63,575 nt of DNA, filler included, from Octopus bimaculoides (GCF_001194135.2; 5 parts of 5 records of this genome joined end to end with filler, not necessarily neighbours in it), one strand, 5' to 3'; positions 23,745-36,460 are shown, counted from the whole stretch's first letter. Translations and numbers: made by a program. The notes: a model not told the origin generated them from the sequence alone.

Positions 23745-26700
23745 TCTACAGATTTCTGTCCCTTCACCGACTTTAGATGATCATAACTTTCAGAAAAATG
23801 GATATTTTTTTAATGAAATCTTCTACAAATATGTGTTATATCATGTAGATTCCGAATATACAATATTTTTTAGGGAAAGTGTTTTAGGAGAGGGCTGGGT
23901 GGGGAATTTCGGAAAATTTACCGGAGTTCAATTTGTCTTAACTTTCAAGAAAATGAATATTTTTTTTATGAAATCCTCTACAAATATACCTCAGACTATG
24001 TAGATTCCAAGGACTTAGGAATTTAGGGGGTTACTTTTGAGAACTGTTCCCTACTCAGGTGTGTTTTGAAACAAGTTGTCCATATTTGTTTCACTTTCTC
24101 CATTTTGTGTGTTAGTGCATCCATAAATTTCAACAAACAGGCAATGAAGGCAAATGAAGCCCTCAGCAGAAAACTCGTTAGACTAAAAATAACAGCTAAA
24201 GGTCTGGTACACAGAAATATGCTATTAAGACAACTTATCCGTTACATACGACTTTTTTTTTCATCATCATCATCATCATAATCGTTTAACATTCGCTTTC
24301 CATGCTAACATGGGTTAGACGATTTGATTGAGGACTGGCAAGCCAGAAGGCTGCACCAGGCTCCAATCTGATCTGGCAGAGTTTCTACAGCTGGATGCCC
24401 TTCCTAAGGCCAACCACTCCGAAAGTGTAGTGGGTGCTTTTACATGCCACCGGCACAAGGGCCAGTCTCACGGTACTGGCAACGGTCTCACTCAAAAGGT
24501 GTTTTTTACGTGCCACCTGCACAGGAGACAGTCCAGCGGCACTGGCAACGACCTTGCTCAAATGATTTTCTAACGTGCCATCAGTACAAGTGCTAGAAGG
24601 CGACGTTCATAACGATTACGCTCTAATAGTGCTATTTACAGGCCACAAGCACGGAAGCCAGACAGCTGCTCTGGCAATGAACACGCTTGGACAGTGCTGT
24701 TAGTGCTCCACTGGCGCAGGTGCCAGTCATCGGATATATTTTGATTTTACTTGCCCCAACATGTCTTCACAAGCAGAGTTTAGTGCCCAATGAAGGAGAG
24801 GTTGGCATGGGTGCCAGTCGTCGGATTCGGTTCGATTTCAATTTCAGATTTCAAATTTACTTACCTCAACAGGTCTTTGAAAGCAGAGTTTAGTGTCCAA
24901 TGAAGTAAAGATATGGATAAGTGAGCAGGCCACACTTCTGGCAGAGGTCCCAGCTTATGCTCTCACTTGGTTTGCCGGGTCTTCTCACATACTGCATATT
25001 TCCAAAGGTCCCAGTTACTAGTCATTGCCTCGGTGAGGCCTAAAGTTAGAAGGTTGTGCTTCACCACTTCATCCCAGGTCTTCCTGAGTCTACATCTTCC
25101 ACAGGTTCCCTCAACCGCTAGGGTGTGGCACTTTTTCACACAGCTATCCTCATCCATTCTTGCCACGTGACCATACCAGCGCAGTCGTCTATCTTGCACA
25201 CCACAATTGATACTTCTTAGGTCTAACTTTTCTCTCAAGGTACTTACACTCTCTCGAGTATGCACACTGACATTACACATCCATTGGAGCATACTGGCTT
25301 CTTTTCTTGCGAGCTTACGCATGTCCTCAGCAGTCATGGCCCATGTTTCACTGCCATGTAGCATGGCTGTTTGTACACATGCGTCATACAGTCTGCCTTT
25401 TACTCTGAGTGAGAGACCCTTTTTCACCAGCAGAGGTAAGAGCTCTCTAAACTTTGCCTATTTTCTGCACATTTACAGTGTTTATTGCTCCTGAACATCT
25501 GCCACATACAAAAACTAACTTCTTTGTTAACCTTCTTTTGATATTGCTGCACCTCTTATGTGTCTATAGCTTGCACTGGGTACATCTTATAGAGTTTCTA
25601 CCTACACCTTTTCTACAGATCGAGCAGGGCCATCTAATTGAAATGGTTTGTGATTTATCTACCTTCCTACTTATTAGGACTTTTTTTTTACCATGTTGAC
25701 TCTAAGGCCCTTCGATTCTAGTCCTTGCTTCCACACCTGAAACTTCTCCTCTAGTTCTGATAGTAACTCAGCAATTAGTGCAAGGTCATCAGCATAGAGG
25801 AGCTCCCAGGGGCATCCCGTCTTGAATTCCTGTGTTATTGCTTGGAGGACTATGATAAATAGGAGGGGGCTGAGGATAGAACATTGGTGGACCCCTACCT
25901 CTACCTGGAATTCTTCACTGTACTCGTTGCCAACCCTCACCTTACTGACAGCATTCCTGTACATGGCTTGCAAAGCTCTCACTAACCACTCATCTATCCC
26001 CAGTTTCCTCATTGACCACCAGATAAGGGAGCGGGGGACCCTGCCAAAGGCTTTCTCCATGTCAACGAAAGTCAGGTACAGAGGTTTATCTTTGACTAGG
26101 TATTTCTCCTGCTGCTGTTTTACCAGAAATATAGCATCGGTGGTGCTTTTCTCTGGAATGAACCCAAACTGCATCTCATCTAAACTGACTTTCTCCCTAA
26201 TTTGTTGGGCTATGACTCTCTCGGTGACATTCATTAACTGGTCCAACAACTTGATACCTCTGTAATTGTTTGTGTCTAAAGCATCACATTTACCTTTGTA
26301 GCTGTTGACTATGGTGCTGCTACACCAGTCATTGGGTATGACTCCTTCGTGAATCACCTGATTAACTATACGGGTGACTACGCTACAGCCAACACTGCCA
26401 GATATTTTGAGCATCTCTGCAGTGATTCCTGATGGGCCGGGGGCTTTCCCAGTCTTCAACAGAAAGGCAGAAGAAACCAGAAGCAAATATAAGGAATATA
26501 CACACACAGTTGAATATAGAAGTGTAAAGTATAATTTGTTACATAATCCCTATAATAAACATGATATTGAATGAAATAATTCCTCGTTTGAACTTTTTTT
26601 ATTACATATATGTGTGTGTGTGTGTGTGTGTGTATGTGTAGAAATGTAGGGATGCACAAATTCCCAAAACAAAGAAAATGAAACAAATATGGACTTGTTC

Positions 26701-27062
26701 CGAAACACCCCCAACTGGGAAACAGTTCTCAAAAATAACTCTCAATTGTTTTTCCCCAAAATTCCTATGTCCTCGAAATCTACATAGTCTGAATTTACAT
26801 AGTCTGAAGTATATTTGTAGAGAATTTCATTAAAAAATATCCATTTTCTTGAAAGTGAAGACGAATTGAAGTGGACTCTGGTGAATTTTCCAAAATTCCC
26901 CACCCAGCCAATTCCTAAAACACTTTCCCCAAAAACTTTTGTACATTCAGAATCTACATGATATAACACATACTCATAAAAATTTCATTAAAAGATCCAT
27001 TTTTCTGAAAGTTATGATCATCCAAACTCAGGAGGGAGGGAAGCAGAAATCTGTAGTTATGC
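23745..27062. mobile_element. Foldback element copy 2: left arm ~23745-24258, right arm ~26459-27062, split by an RTE insertion
   Basis: Both arms align to the copy 1 arms. The right arm resumes at agaaaggcagaaga, as at 20770. Confidence 0.8.
24261..26458 (-). mobile_element. 5'-truncated RTE LINE with RT, internal deletion, 3' UTR and (GAT)n tail
   Basis: KTGKAPGPSGI...LLYADDL and KGRLYDACVQTAMLHGSETW...RRLRWYGHV; (tca)n at 24261-24279. Highly similar to 14574-15560. Confidence 0.95.
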
Positions 27063-27070
27063 TAGATTCC

Positions 27071-27156
27071 CTGAAACTGCGACCTGTTCACTGACAAAAC
27101 TTTGTGCTGCATAGATGCAGCATGAAGTTTTGTCAGTGAACAGGTCGTGGTTTCAG
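27071..27156. repeat. 86-nt near-perfect hairpin
   Basis: ctgaaactgcgacctgttcactgacaaaactt pairs with aagttttgtcagtgaacaggtcgtggtttcag, and there is an inner tgctgcat/atgcagca stem. Confidence 0.92.
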
Positions 27157-27299
27157 AGTCACGAAAATATTTTGACACAAATTAAATTTAAATGATGAAG
27201 TGAATCTAATAGTTTTTTTGTGTGTTCTTAAATGGTTTACAATCATCTTCCATGATGCAATTGTTTTTGTTTCAGCACACGATTTCAGATCAAGTCACT

Positions 27300-28350
27300 T
27301 GCTATGCAAGTACAACTCCATAATTTTATTTACATTCGTGTCAGAATTTTCGTTGCTTGACCAGTATCACAGACAAACTTTATCCAGTACAGACATCAGC
27401 TGACAGAATATTTAATATGAAACTAAGGGATGTCTTGCATGATATTTCGGAGGAAAATATTTTGGGAGAGGTTGCAGGGTTGATGCGGACTATAGAGTTT
27501 CAAAAGCATGGACTACCCCATTGTCATATGTTGTTCATATTAAAAAAAAAAATCCAGAACATTATGATAAATTTGTTTATGCAGAACTACCAAATCCACA
27601 AACACAACCAATTCTGTTTCAACATGTCACCAAAAGCATGCTACATGGTCCATGTGGAAGAGATAAACCCAATGTAACATGTATGGTTGATGGAAAATGT
27701 AAAAAACATTTCCCTAGACACTTTCAGGAAAATACATTACACAGTTATAATGGCTATCCACCTTACCAACATTGAAATAATAATTTTACATTTACAAAGT
27801 CTAATGTTGAATTAGATAATCATTCAGTAGTACCATATTCCCCCTTCTTTTTAGTCAAATATGGAGGTTATTGTAATGTAGAGACATGTGCATCTGTAAA
27901 ATCAGTTAAATATATTAGCAAATACATTCATGAAGGTCATGATTGGGTGACAGTCAATATTAGTGGACAAACCAATGTACGACAAATACACAAAGATAAA
28001 ATTGAAAATTATATCAATGGCTGCTATGCATCCTCATCAGAGATAGTCTGGAGGATTTTAGGGTTCAAATTACACGGTTCATATCCTGCAGTAAAACAGC
28101 TTACAGTTCACTTACCCCAACAGCAATACATTTACTTTAATGACGATGATGATATTGAACACGTTATCCACACACAACAAGCCCACTCTCACTGAATGGA
28201 TGCGAGTTAACCGGAAATCACTAGCTGACTCATTTGCATGTACATTACACTATACTGATTTCCCTGAATTTTACACATGGAATAATAGACAATTTTCTGG
28301 CATCTCAGAAAAAATAATACACACTCAATTGGGGATATATACTTTGTTTC
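27300..28350 (+). mobile_element. Helitron Rep (HUH) domain remnant
   Basis: IEFQKHGLPHCHML (HUH motif), MLHGPCG, CMVDGKCKKHFP, VVPYSP, CNVETC, KYISKYIHEGHD and WRILGF. Confidence 0.93.
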
Positions 28351-28532
28351 ACTAAAGGAACATGATGACCATGAATACTATCGGACTATGGAGTTTGCAA
28401 ATATTTCAGCTACTCCATATCAGATGCAAAGACTTTTCAGCTCCATATATTACACAAAAATATGATACAATGTAAAATATCTTAAAGATAGCGTGTTCAC
28501 ACTAGTACATTATATATATATAAATTGTTGAG

Positions 28533-28827
28533 ATGCTTGAACGGAGATGCGTAGATATGTGCTGCATCCAGGAAGTAAGATGGAGAGGAGGTTCTGCAAG
28601 GTTCCTCACAGGCAAAGAACACAGGTACAAGATTTTCTGGGCAGGGAACACTGACGGGGTCGGGGGCGTAGGAATACTTCTAGCGGAGAAATGGGTGGAT
28701 AAGGTAATCGAGGTCGTTAGAGTAAGTGACAGAGTACTTAAGATCAGACTAGTGCTTCATCATAGATTAGCTACTGTCATCTCAGCCTATGCACCTCAAC
28801 CTGGGCTACCAGATGGTCTGAAAGACC
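28533..28827 (+). mobile_element. Young RTE LINE 5' coding fragment (APE endonuclease) running into a gap
   Basis: Uninterrupted MLERRCVDMCCIQEVRWRGGSARFLTG...YAPQPGLPDGLKD; an inverted homolog of 16600-16875. Confidence 0.92.
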
Positions 28828-28929
28828 NNNNNNNNNNNNNNNNNNNNNNNNNNNNNNNNNNNNNNNNNNNNTTAATTAATTAANNNNNNNNNNNNNNNNN
28901 NNNNNNNNNNNNNNNNNNNNNNNNNNNAA

Positions 28930-29801
28930 GACAACTCGTGGAAATCTCACAAAACCACAGAGGCCCTGACCACTAGGGCAAGTGCCTTCTCCTCATCGTC
29001 GAGAGGCACATGCTTTCAGTAGGCCCGTTTACTTGGACCATTCTTGCCACATTCACCCACTTTTCAACAAAAAGGCAAGGCGGTAGTACTTCCCTCTCTA
29101 CCCACACTTTCCTTTTCAAGTGAAACTTGAAAAAGTTGATGAGGGCTTGGCCAAAAAGGAAAGTATCTGTCTTCAGCCCTTTCAATCTGGTTCATTACAC
29201 AACCTCTTTCGACTGTGCAGATCACAAACTTGTGATTTGTGTAACGGACCAGTTTAAAAAGTGGACAACTTATACTATTTTTATCAACTGGCCTACAGAA
29301 TACTTTATCTAGATTCACCTAGATGACCCAATGCAATTCATTCATATCCACACTGGTATATTCGGAAAATCCAGTCGCGCCCCCTTTTTCCAACAGCTAG
29401 CCTCACACAATCTAAGCATGCGTCCAAGATGACGTCCCACTTACCCATTAGCACTAAAGGTCGACGGCTGAAGATATCTGGTTGTCCTGCTCCTATTGGA
29501 GCATAAACAACAACCAGTCTAAAAGCACTCCGTCGGTACTGTTCACATCCAGGGCCACCAACTTACCTACTGGATTCAGAGAGATGGCCTTTATCTTGAG
29601 ATCCAGACCTCTCTGGAATAACACCGCAGTACCACCTCCCATTCTCAGTTGATACGGAGATAAGTAAATCTCGTATCCACTGAAAATGGGCATGAAAACT
29701 CGTCGGTCAGAGAGACTGGTCTCACTGACAGCCATGACATCTAAACTTAGTGACTTGAGGTCTGAGTAGGCAGCGCTATTTCTAAGGCGACCCCAGGCCA
29801 C
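28930..29801 (-). mobile_element. Tx1/L1-like LINE remnant (APE endonuclease fragment and ORF2 C-terminus)
   Basis: LKSLSLDVMAVSETSL...GGGTAVLF...GKLVALDV and INFFKFHLKRKV...KWVNVARMVQVNG. A possible ORF1 piece (YGTVEMRFTSEEEAK) lies near 30700. Confidence 0.6.
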
Positions 29802-30989
29802 GTATATTTATACTGCTTGTTCTTAGCAAGGCCAAGATGGACAATGTATTTGACGGAGAAGAGGAGAGAGCTACTTGCCGTTTTTTTGTAAGGGTCAGGA
29901 GATAGGTGTCCCGTCCCTCTGGTTAAGGTCTCTTATTAACGTTTTTTGTAAAATTTCCTACCACATCAGCGTATTTGGTTTTTTAATGTTATATGTATTT
30001 TGTTGTATTTGTATGATTTTTATGTTTGTAGGTATGTTGGTTGTCGGTGTGAGGAAATTGCACTGAGTGATGTCTGTATGGTTGTGTTTGTATTCCATTC
30101 TTGCTTTGTTGGTCGTGTTTATGGCAGTATAGTTGATAATGTTTAAATTTTGTTCGTGTGAGGATTTGTGATCAAACTGTTGTGCGTGTGAATTAGATCG
30201 TGCTAGTAGTGGTGGTGTCTGTGATTGTGGTGGTACTTGTGGTAGTGATAGGGATGATGTTGACAAGGTTAGTGTTGCTGTGCTTGAGGGAGGTGTTTGA
30301 GCAATGTTGCTCAAGGCATCTCCCCTATTTGTTCGTATCCGCTAGTTTTTTTGTGTTGGTGTGTTTTTCTTCCTCTTTCTTTTCTTGGCTCCGGTGACCA
30401 CGTGCAATTTAGACTCCTCACTGTCCTCATCCTTACAGGAACATGTCTGAGTGGTCCAAAGAGGGGAGGAGTATGTCTAGGGGAGGTTTTTGGTGTTTTG
30501 TTGAAGTAGTTGTTGTTATTGCTTTGGGGGTCTCTGCTGTTGTTGTTGCTGCTGTTTGCGCAACCGTTAGTTTCGGTCCTGTTGTTGTTGATGTTGTGGC
30601 CACTTGCCTCTGTTGGTGCTGTTTTTGCTGTTACTGTTGTGGGATGAGGATGAGTTTGTCACTCGTTATAGTAGTTTTTGAGTGCTTTTTGGCCTCTTCT
30701 TCTGAGGTGAATCTCATTTCGACAGTTCCATATTTTTTTTACTCAGGCTGTATAAGTTTTGTTCTTCCAAATTGGAAGAACACCTGCTGGTGTGTTGCCT
30801 GATCTATTATTCTACTTCTTGTTCCAATTTTTATAGAATTATCCACAAATTAGTTTCATGCTAGACTGATCTAGGGACGTTCAGGATTGTGAAGGTAAAG
30901 AGCATTATGCTATCCTTCAGGCCAATAAAAGATAGAAAGTCCCATCTGTGAGCCACCAAGGCAATCACAACAGTGTCATTCGTTTTAAC

Positions 30990-31086
30990 AAGAAACATCA
31001 GTATTAATACCACTTGAGCACTGAGGTCGATGTACTCGACTAGTCTCACCTTACAAAATTTTAGGCCTTGTGCGTATAGTAGAAAG

Positions 31087-31160
<74 letters not shown>

Positions 31161-31365
31161 CATCATCATCATCATCATTATTATTTAGAAGGCGAGCTGG
31201 TTGGATTATCAGCACACCTGATAAAATGCTTAGCGGTATTTCGTCCGTCTTTACGTTGTGAGTTCAAATTCCGCTGAGGTCAATTTTGTCTTTCATCCAT
31301 TCTGGGTCGATAAAATCGATCAGCCCTATCCCAACAAATGTCAGGTCTTGTGCCTATAGTAAGAA
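30990..31365 (+). mobile_element. Two SINE family A copies separated by a long (ATT)n tract
   Basis: A SINE 3' end (ggccttgtgcgtatagtagaaag), then (ATT)n at 31088-31183, then a new SINE head. Confidence 0.8.
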
Positions 31366-31384
31366 ATCTATTGATTAAATATGA

Positions 31385-32085
31385 AGTATTTCACCCAAAG
31401 AATGACACAGACAGACGGTATGTACCAAGAAAAAGAGGAGGAAAAGGACTGACTGGGCGCAAACGCAGTATTTATTAGAGCAGAAGAAAACAACATGGCA
31501 TGGTACTTAAAAAATGTCACCGGACCAATATTGTTGGAAGTAAGAAGGCCAGGCCTATGAAAAATCAGTACAGTACAAGCATACGAGGATGGATGAAACA
31601 GAAAACAGGTGGACAGAGAAAAGTATGTATGGACAGTTCCATACAAATGTTGAAGGTAGGTCAGATAAGAAAAAAGTGGCTATGGATAGTTAAAAGTGAT
31701 TTAAAATAAGAAACAGAGGCTTTGATTTGTGATGCTCAAGAGCAAGCATTAAGAACAGAATAGGCAAAACAGCAGAAACTGATAAGCGTAAAATTTGTGG
31801 AGAGAATGGGGAAATTGCATAGCATATTAGCAGTCAATTTACACCACTAGCCCAGAAACACTATAAGAGGCGGTATGATAACATAGGAAGGGTAGACCAT
31901 TGGACACCTTGCAATAAATATCGATCTGACAGAACAGAAAAGTGGTACAAACATAAACCCGAAGAAAAATGATAATGCAAAGATCCTGCGTTATCATGAA
32001 ATAGAGAATAGGAAACTAGATATAGTCATGACCGAGAAAGAAATAGTGCTGGATCACAGATATAGTGTGTCCAGCTAACAACAAA
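31385..32085 (+). mobile_element. Dong/R4-clade LINE remnant (post-RT region, zinc knuckle, start of restriction-like endonuclease)
   Basis: WLWIVKSDLK.ETEALICDAQEQALRT, KICGE, LAQKHYKRRYDN, KWYKHKPE, LDIV and IVCPAN. Confidence 0.82.
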
Positions 32086-32119
32086 GCATGAAATAAAGGA
32101 AAATTATTATTATTATTAT

Positions 32120-32670
32120 TGAATGAGAGAGCAGTGCATGCCATCAAAGTGGCACAGGGGTAAAATGTACGAAACCCAGTATAACCATCATGACTAACCG
32201 TCTGATAAAGGTACACCAAGCAAATGCATCATAACCATATGTGCGCAACATGGTTATCTCATATCAAGATAAACAGTGCATGTCCTTGCAGGTGGGGCTC
32301 AGAATTTTCTTCAGGTCGAGTAGCCCATCCTACTCAAAAGGTCCCTGAATAAGGATTGTTTAAGGATGTTGAACGAAACATCCATGTTTCCAGGGATGAA
32401 TTATTCAAACCCCACAGAATTCTTTTCAACACATGGCTATGATGCTACCCTACTACTCCTGCTCGTGATCAGAGATGCGCATATTGCCAACCACTAAGGG
32501 ACATGCTTAACTGGTTAAGGTCAAACAACTGACAAGCAAATCTGTGGTATTGAGCAGAATATATGCAGTAGCCCATCTTTTATACCAAGACAAAACAATG
32601 TACATGATTACACTTCCAATCAGTTAAGATCAAAAGCCATGAAAATCAGTGCCTGGTACTGCATCAGGGT
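32120..32670. repeat. Unclassified interspersed repeat (probably retroelement UTR-derived)
   Basis: GC-richer block bounded by (ATT)n/(GTT)n tracts, with no supportable ORF. Recognised from recall as a common octopus repeat, not verified. Confidence 0.4.
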
Positions 32671-33109
32671 ATTTATTATTATTATTGTTGTTGTTGTTGT
32701 TATCATGATCATTAAGGCGGCAAGAATCATTAGCGCGTCGAAGCTAAATCTCTCCTGCTTGATCAAGGCTGAACGAGAGCTTATACATTGGGTGGCTTTA
32801 GTAGAGTTCACTAGGTTTGAGAATATCGTAGTCTCTCAATGTATTGTTTCTGACTGTATCTTTCGTTGTATCATGCAACCGATTTTTCAGAAGGTACTGT
32901 TTAAAAAAATTCTCAGCAGGAACTCTCTGCGAAAAAGTATGAGTTGGAATCTATCAGTAACACATTGGAAGGCAACCTTTTCAATTTGTGAATAATTATG
33001 TATCTTCTCTCATGCATCAGTAAACAATAGAGCTTCAGGGTTTCACCTACCATCACTGATCTTTCACTTGGGCTTACAAGAATCGACGTATCAGTTAATG
33101 ACAACTCAC

Positions 33110-33200
33110 AAGACGTGCTTTTTATTTGCTGTTCCTCCATCAAAATAATGGAAAATCCAACTACCAACACATCCCCTGAACACACCCTTCTTCTCAACAT
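33110..33200 (-). CDS. Candidate next exon of the SEA gene (DVEKKGVFRGCVGSWIFHYFDGGTANKKHV)
   Basis: Phase-1 acceptor ttgtag|AT with a weak pyrimidine tract, and canonical donor TT|gtgagt. A competing overlapping frame has an Ig-like stretch. Confidence 0.3.
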
Positions 33201-33644
33201 CTACAACTGTGGATTTTGATTCAGTCTTGATCCTACATCATCTTAATAAAAGACGACATAATCCCCCAGAGCTTATTGTACTATATAGGTGTATAGGTGA
33301 ACAACACTACATATCATATGACTGATTTCATCCTTACATTAATGTAATATCAACAATGCACAGAATGCCTTTATAATCACAGAATTGCTAAACTCTTACA
33401 CCTCCAAAATTGTTGCAGAAACAACTGAACTTTTGCCTGATTTTATACTGTTATAGATAACGCTATCTAATTATATATCTTGTACTAGATAAACCAACCT
33501 GATTTCATACCTTCTAGAATAGCTACCTGATATTATACGCAAATTATGATCTTTATACTCTGCTATGAACAATGCTCCTTGATTTTATGCAACTTAATGT
33601 AAAAATTTACCGGAATTTATGTCTTGTTACAGACAAATCCTTAC

Positions 33645-33814
33645 CTAGCTGAATGTTGTTCAGCATGTCTTCCTCTACATTGGATGGATTTCCTAAAGGA
33701 GTAGAAACAGTTTTCATATTGTTCAAACCCGTCGAATTAATAAAGTCAATCATCTTGTCTTGATCAACATAGCCATGTACTACAAGGTCGTAGTCAACGA
33801 GGGTGGAACCTCTC
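33645..33814 (-). CDS. Host gene exon: C-terminal half of SEA domain (RGSTLVDYDLVVHGYVDQDKMIDFINSTGLNNMKTVSTPLGNPSNVEEDMLNNIQL)
   Basis: Acceptor gtatatttcag|G and donor CTA G|gtaagg. 170 nt, phase 2 to phase 1. The spliced junction gives GFKRGSTLVDY, like the SEA F-R-x-G-S-V-V-V motif. Confidence 0.9.
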
Positions 33815-34623
33815 CTGAAATATACGAAAAATTTGTTAAGTTTGAGAAAATGAGAGAAAAAGAAAGACAAAAGAAAGACAAAAAATAAAAACGGTGCAAG
33901 AGAGAAGGAGAAAGAGATCGCTAGAAGAGAGTAACGATAGGAAACTTAAATCAATGGTTCAATTAGAAAATCTTAATATAAAATCATACATAGAGACGTG
34001 CAGACATATACACGTGCGCGCACGCGCACACACATCTTTTGTATTTTTATATATACACATTTTCAGAGAATTTATGATCAGGGAGAATTTTGTTGCACAT
34101 ATAAGTATATGTTCAAGGAGAGATATTTGTCTGTTGCTAAGAAATCGAATTTGTTGTCCATGCAGTGTCATTCGTTTGATCTATATCGTTCACTCTTCAA
34201 TCTGTACTAGTTATACATAAATTGGGTTTCTGGACAAACAGGTAAAAATTATTCTTTACTTTAGAATTTTTTTCTTGTTTAAAACGGAACACTGAACCTC
34301 CAAACAAGTTAATCAATTTCATGGTCACCTACACAATTTCACTATTGGTTCTTTTGTTGCAGGATATAATATATCATCTATTAATATTCCTTTTAATGAT
34401 TGTGGTTGTATTTTACTTTTCAAAATTGTCTTTGTAGAATCCTGATCATCCTGCAGTCTATTTCAGCATTAGTACGTTTTGAAGAATAATATTATAGGTT
34501 TGGTTGTTTCTAGGATTTTGAGTAGAGATATATAATCTTTTAAAATTCAGATATGTTGTTTCTTTTTTATTTGTCTTAATACTATGGCATCAATTGTCTT
34601 TTCTCATTATATCCAGTAGTCTA

Positions 34624-34850
34624 AGGTAGCGAGCTGGCAGAAACGTTAGCATGCCGGGCTAAATGCTTAGCGGTATTCGTCTGTCTTTACGGTCTGAGTT
34701 CAAATTCCGTCGAGGTTGACTTTTCCTTCCATCCTTTCGGAGTCAATAAACTAAGTACCAGTTGCGTACTGGTGGTCGATCTAATCGACTGCACCCCCAC
34801 AAAAAAAAAAAAAAAAAAATTCGGGCCTTGTGCCTAGAGTAGAAAAGATT
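34624..34850 (+). mobile_element. SINE family A copy
   Basis: aaggtagcgagctggcagaaacgttagc...ggccttgtgcctagagtagaaaagattat. Confidence 0.88.
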
Positions 34851-36412
34851 ATATCCTGTAGTCTATTAAAGATAATGCCATTTGATGAATACAGCTTTTA
34901 AGTACTTGACGTTGTATATCATCGGTATTTGTAGCAGATCCAATGGTGCATATCCTTTTGGTTTAATTAAATGGAATATTTGCCTTCGTGTATTTCGAAT
35001 AACACACGGTAAGGAACAGAGAATGCTTCGAGTCTGTAGATTTGTATTATACTTCTGTATTAATTCGGATGTTTGCTTTCATCACTAAAATATTGAAAGA
35101 AAAAACAGAAGTTTTCTTGATTGTATTTCCCTGTGAATGTTGCTATTTATTCCATTTTAAATTCATTTAATCGTTTTATTGTTTTATTCCATATAATAAG
35201 CAATCGTCTACGAATCTATTCTAGTTCTCTTTTATATATTAATAGAAGGGGTTTCCGTATTTTTGTTGCGATTCTTGGAACATTGTAGTTTCCAAATCCC
35301 TTAACTAAATTTTTATTGACTGAATTCTCATGCAGCTTTGGATTGTTGTCAACAGTTTCGCAATTCTTTTCATCTAACTGGTACCCTTCCTCACAATGAA
35401 AAAAAATTGAAAGTAAGGCACATATTATGTTGCTACAAAATAGGGACACAGCAACATTTGGTAAAGCTACCAACAGTGTGTAACGGTAGCTATTAAAACT
35501 ATTATGTCTCTTGTGATCGAAGCCATTATTATAACAGGTTGTGCCAAAGAAGTATTTGTTTTCATTCCTTCTATTCCTCTCTCGTGCCGTCAGATATGCT
35601 ATAACAGTTCAAATGCCTTCAACTTCCAATGATATTCTTTCAAAAGTCTTTCGGGACTGCTGTAGTTGAACTGACAAATCCAGGTATTACTCATAGTTAG
35701 ATGCATGTTCAAGTGTTGGGCCGTGCAGACATTTTCCCCCATAGCACCCAACTGCAGAACAAGATATGTTATCTCTCCTAAATCTCTTCCAGTTAGAATT
35801 GGCTGTTCTAGTAATTTAGAATTACAAAAAAAAAAAAAGTATATAAAGTAAAGCATAAATAAAGTATTATTATTTTGTCTATATAAGAAATATACAACTT
35901 TGTAAAATTAGCTTAATTCATTTATCTTAAAGTATGATGTGCTGAAGATTCCAATGAAGGATGAAAAACGCTATACATGGCTACCAACGACTAGAAACTT
36001 TAAAAACTTTATAATGTATAGAAACAAATATTGAATATGTATCCTCTGTATACTTTCTCTAATCCGATGTAAATTCCAAACTTTCAAATCCACCTCAACT
36101 AATTTAGTATAGAAAGGATTGTTTCCCCAATAATAGTTGACCATCAGGAGCACGCCATGTGCATAAATAAAGTATTTATTTAAGCGTCAAAATTAGATTA
36201 ACAATAAACACATTCTCTAAAATTTCACACATTATAACAACTTGGAAAAATTTCATTTTAAATATGCTTCTGTAATAAATTAAAATTATATGTAAATGTA
36301 ATCATATACAAAAAAGCGCTACATTAAAAACGTGCAGCAGGTCAAATAATTTTTCAACTTCTACAAAAAAAGTTTCTATATTTCTGGTATCCAGGCAGTC
36401 CCAGTACCTACG

Positions 36413-36416
<4 letters not shown>

Positions 36417-36460
<44 letters not shown>

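Noticed and set aside
29958-30314. 118-aa Thr/Asn-rich minus-strand ORF
   Set aside because: Compositionally biased and probably a decayed LINE fragment, with no intact catalytic motifs or splice support.
35216-35856. EGF-like fragments (CSAVGCYGGKC; HCEEGYQLDEKNC)
   Set aside because: They lie in the intron that splits the GFK/RGS motif, so inclusion would break the SEA domain. The C-x-C motif is missing and the splice sites are poor.
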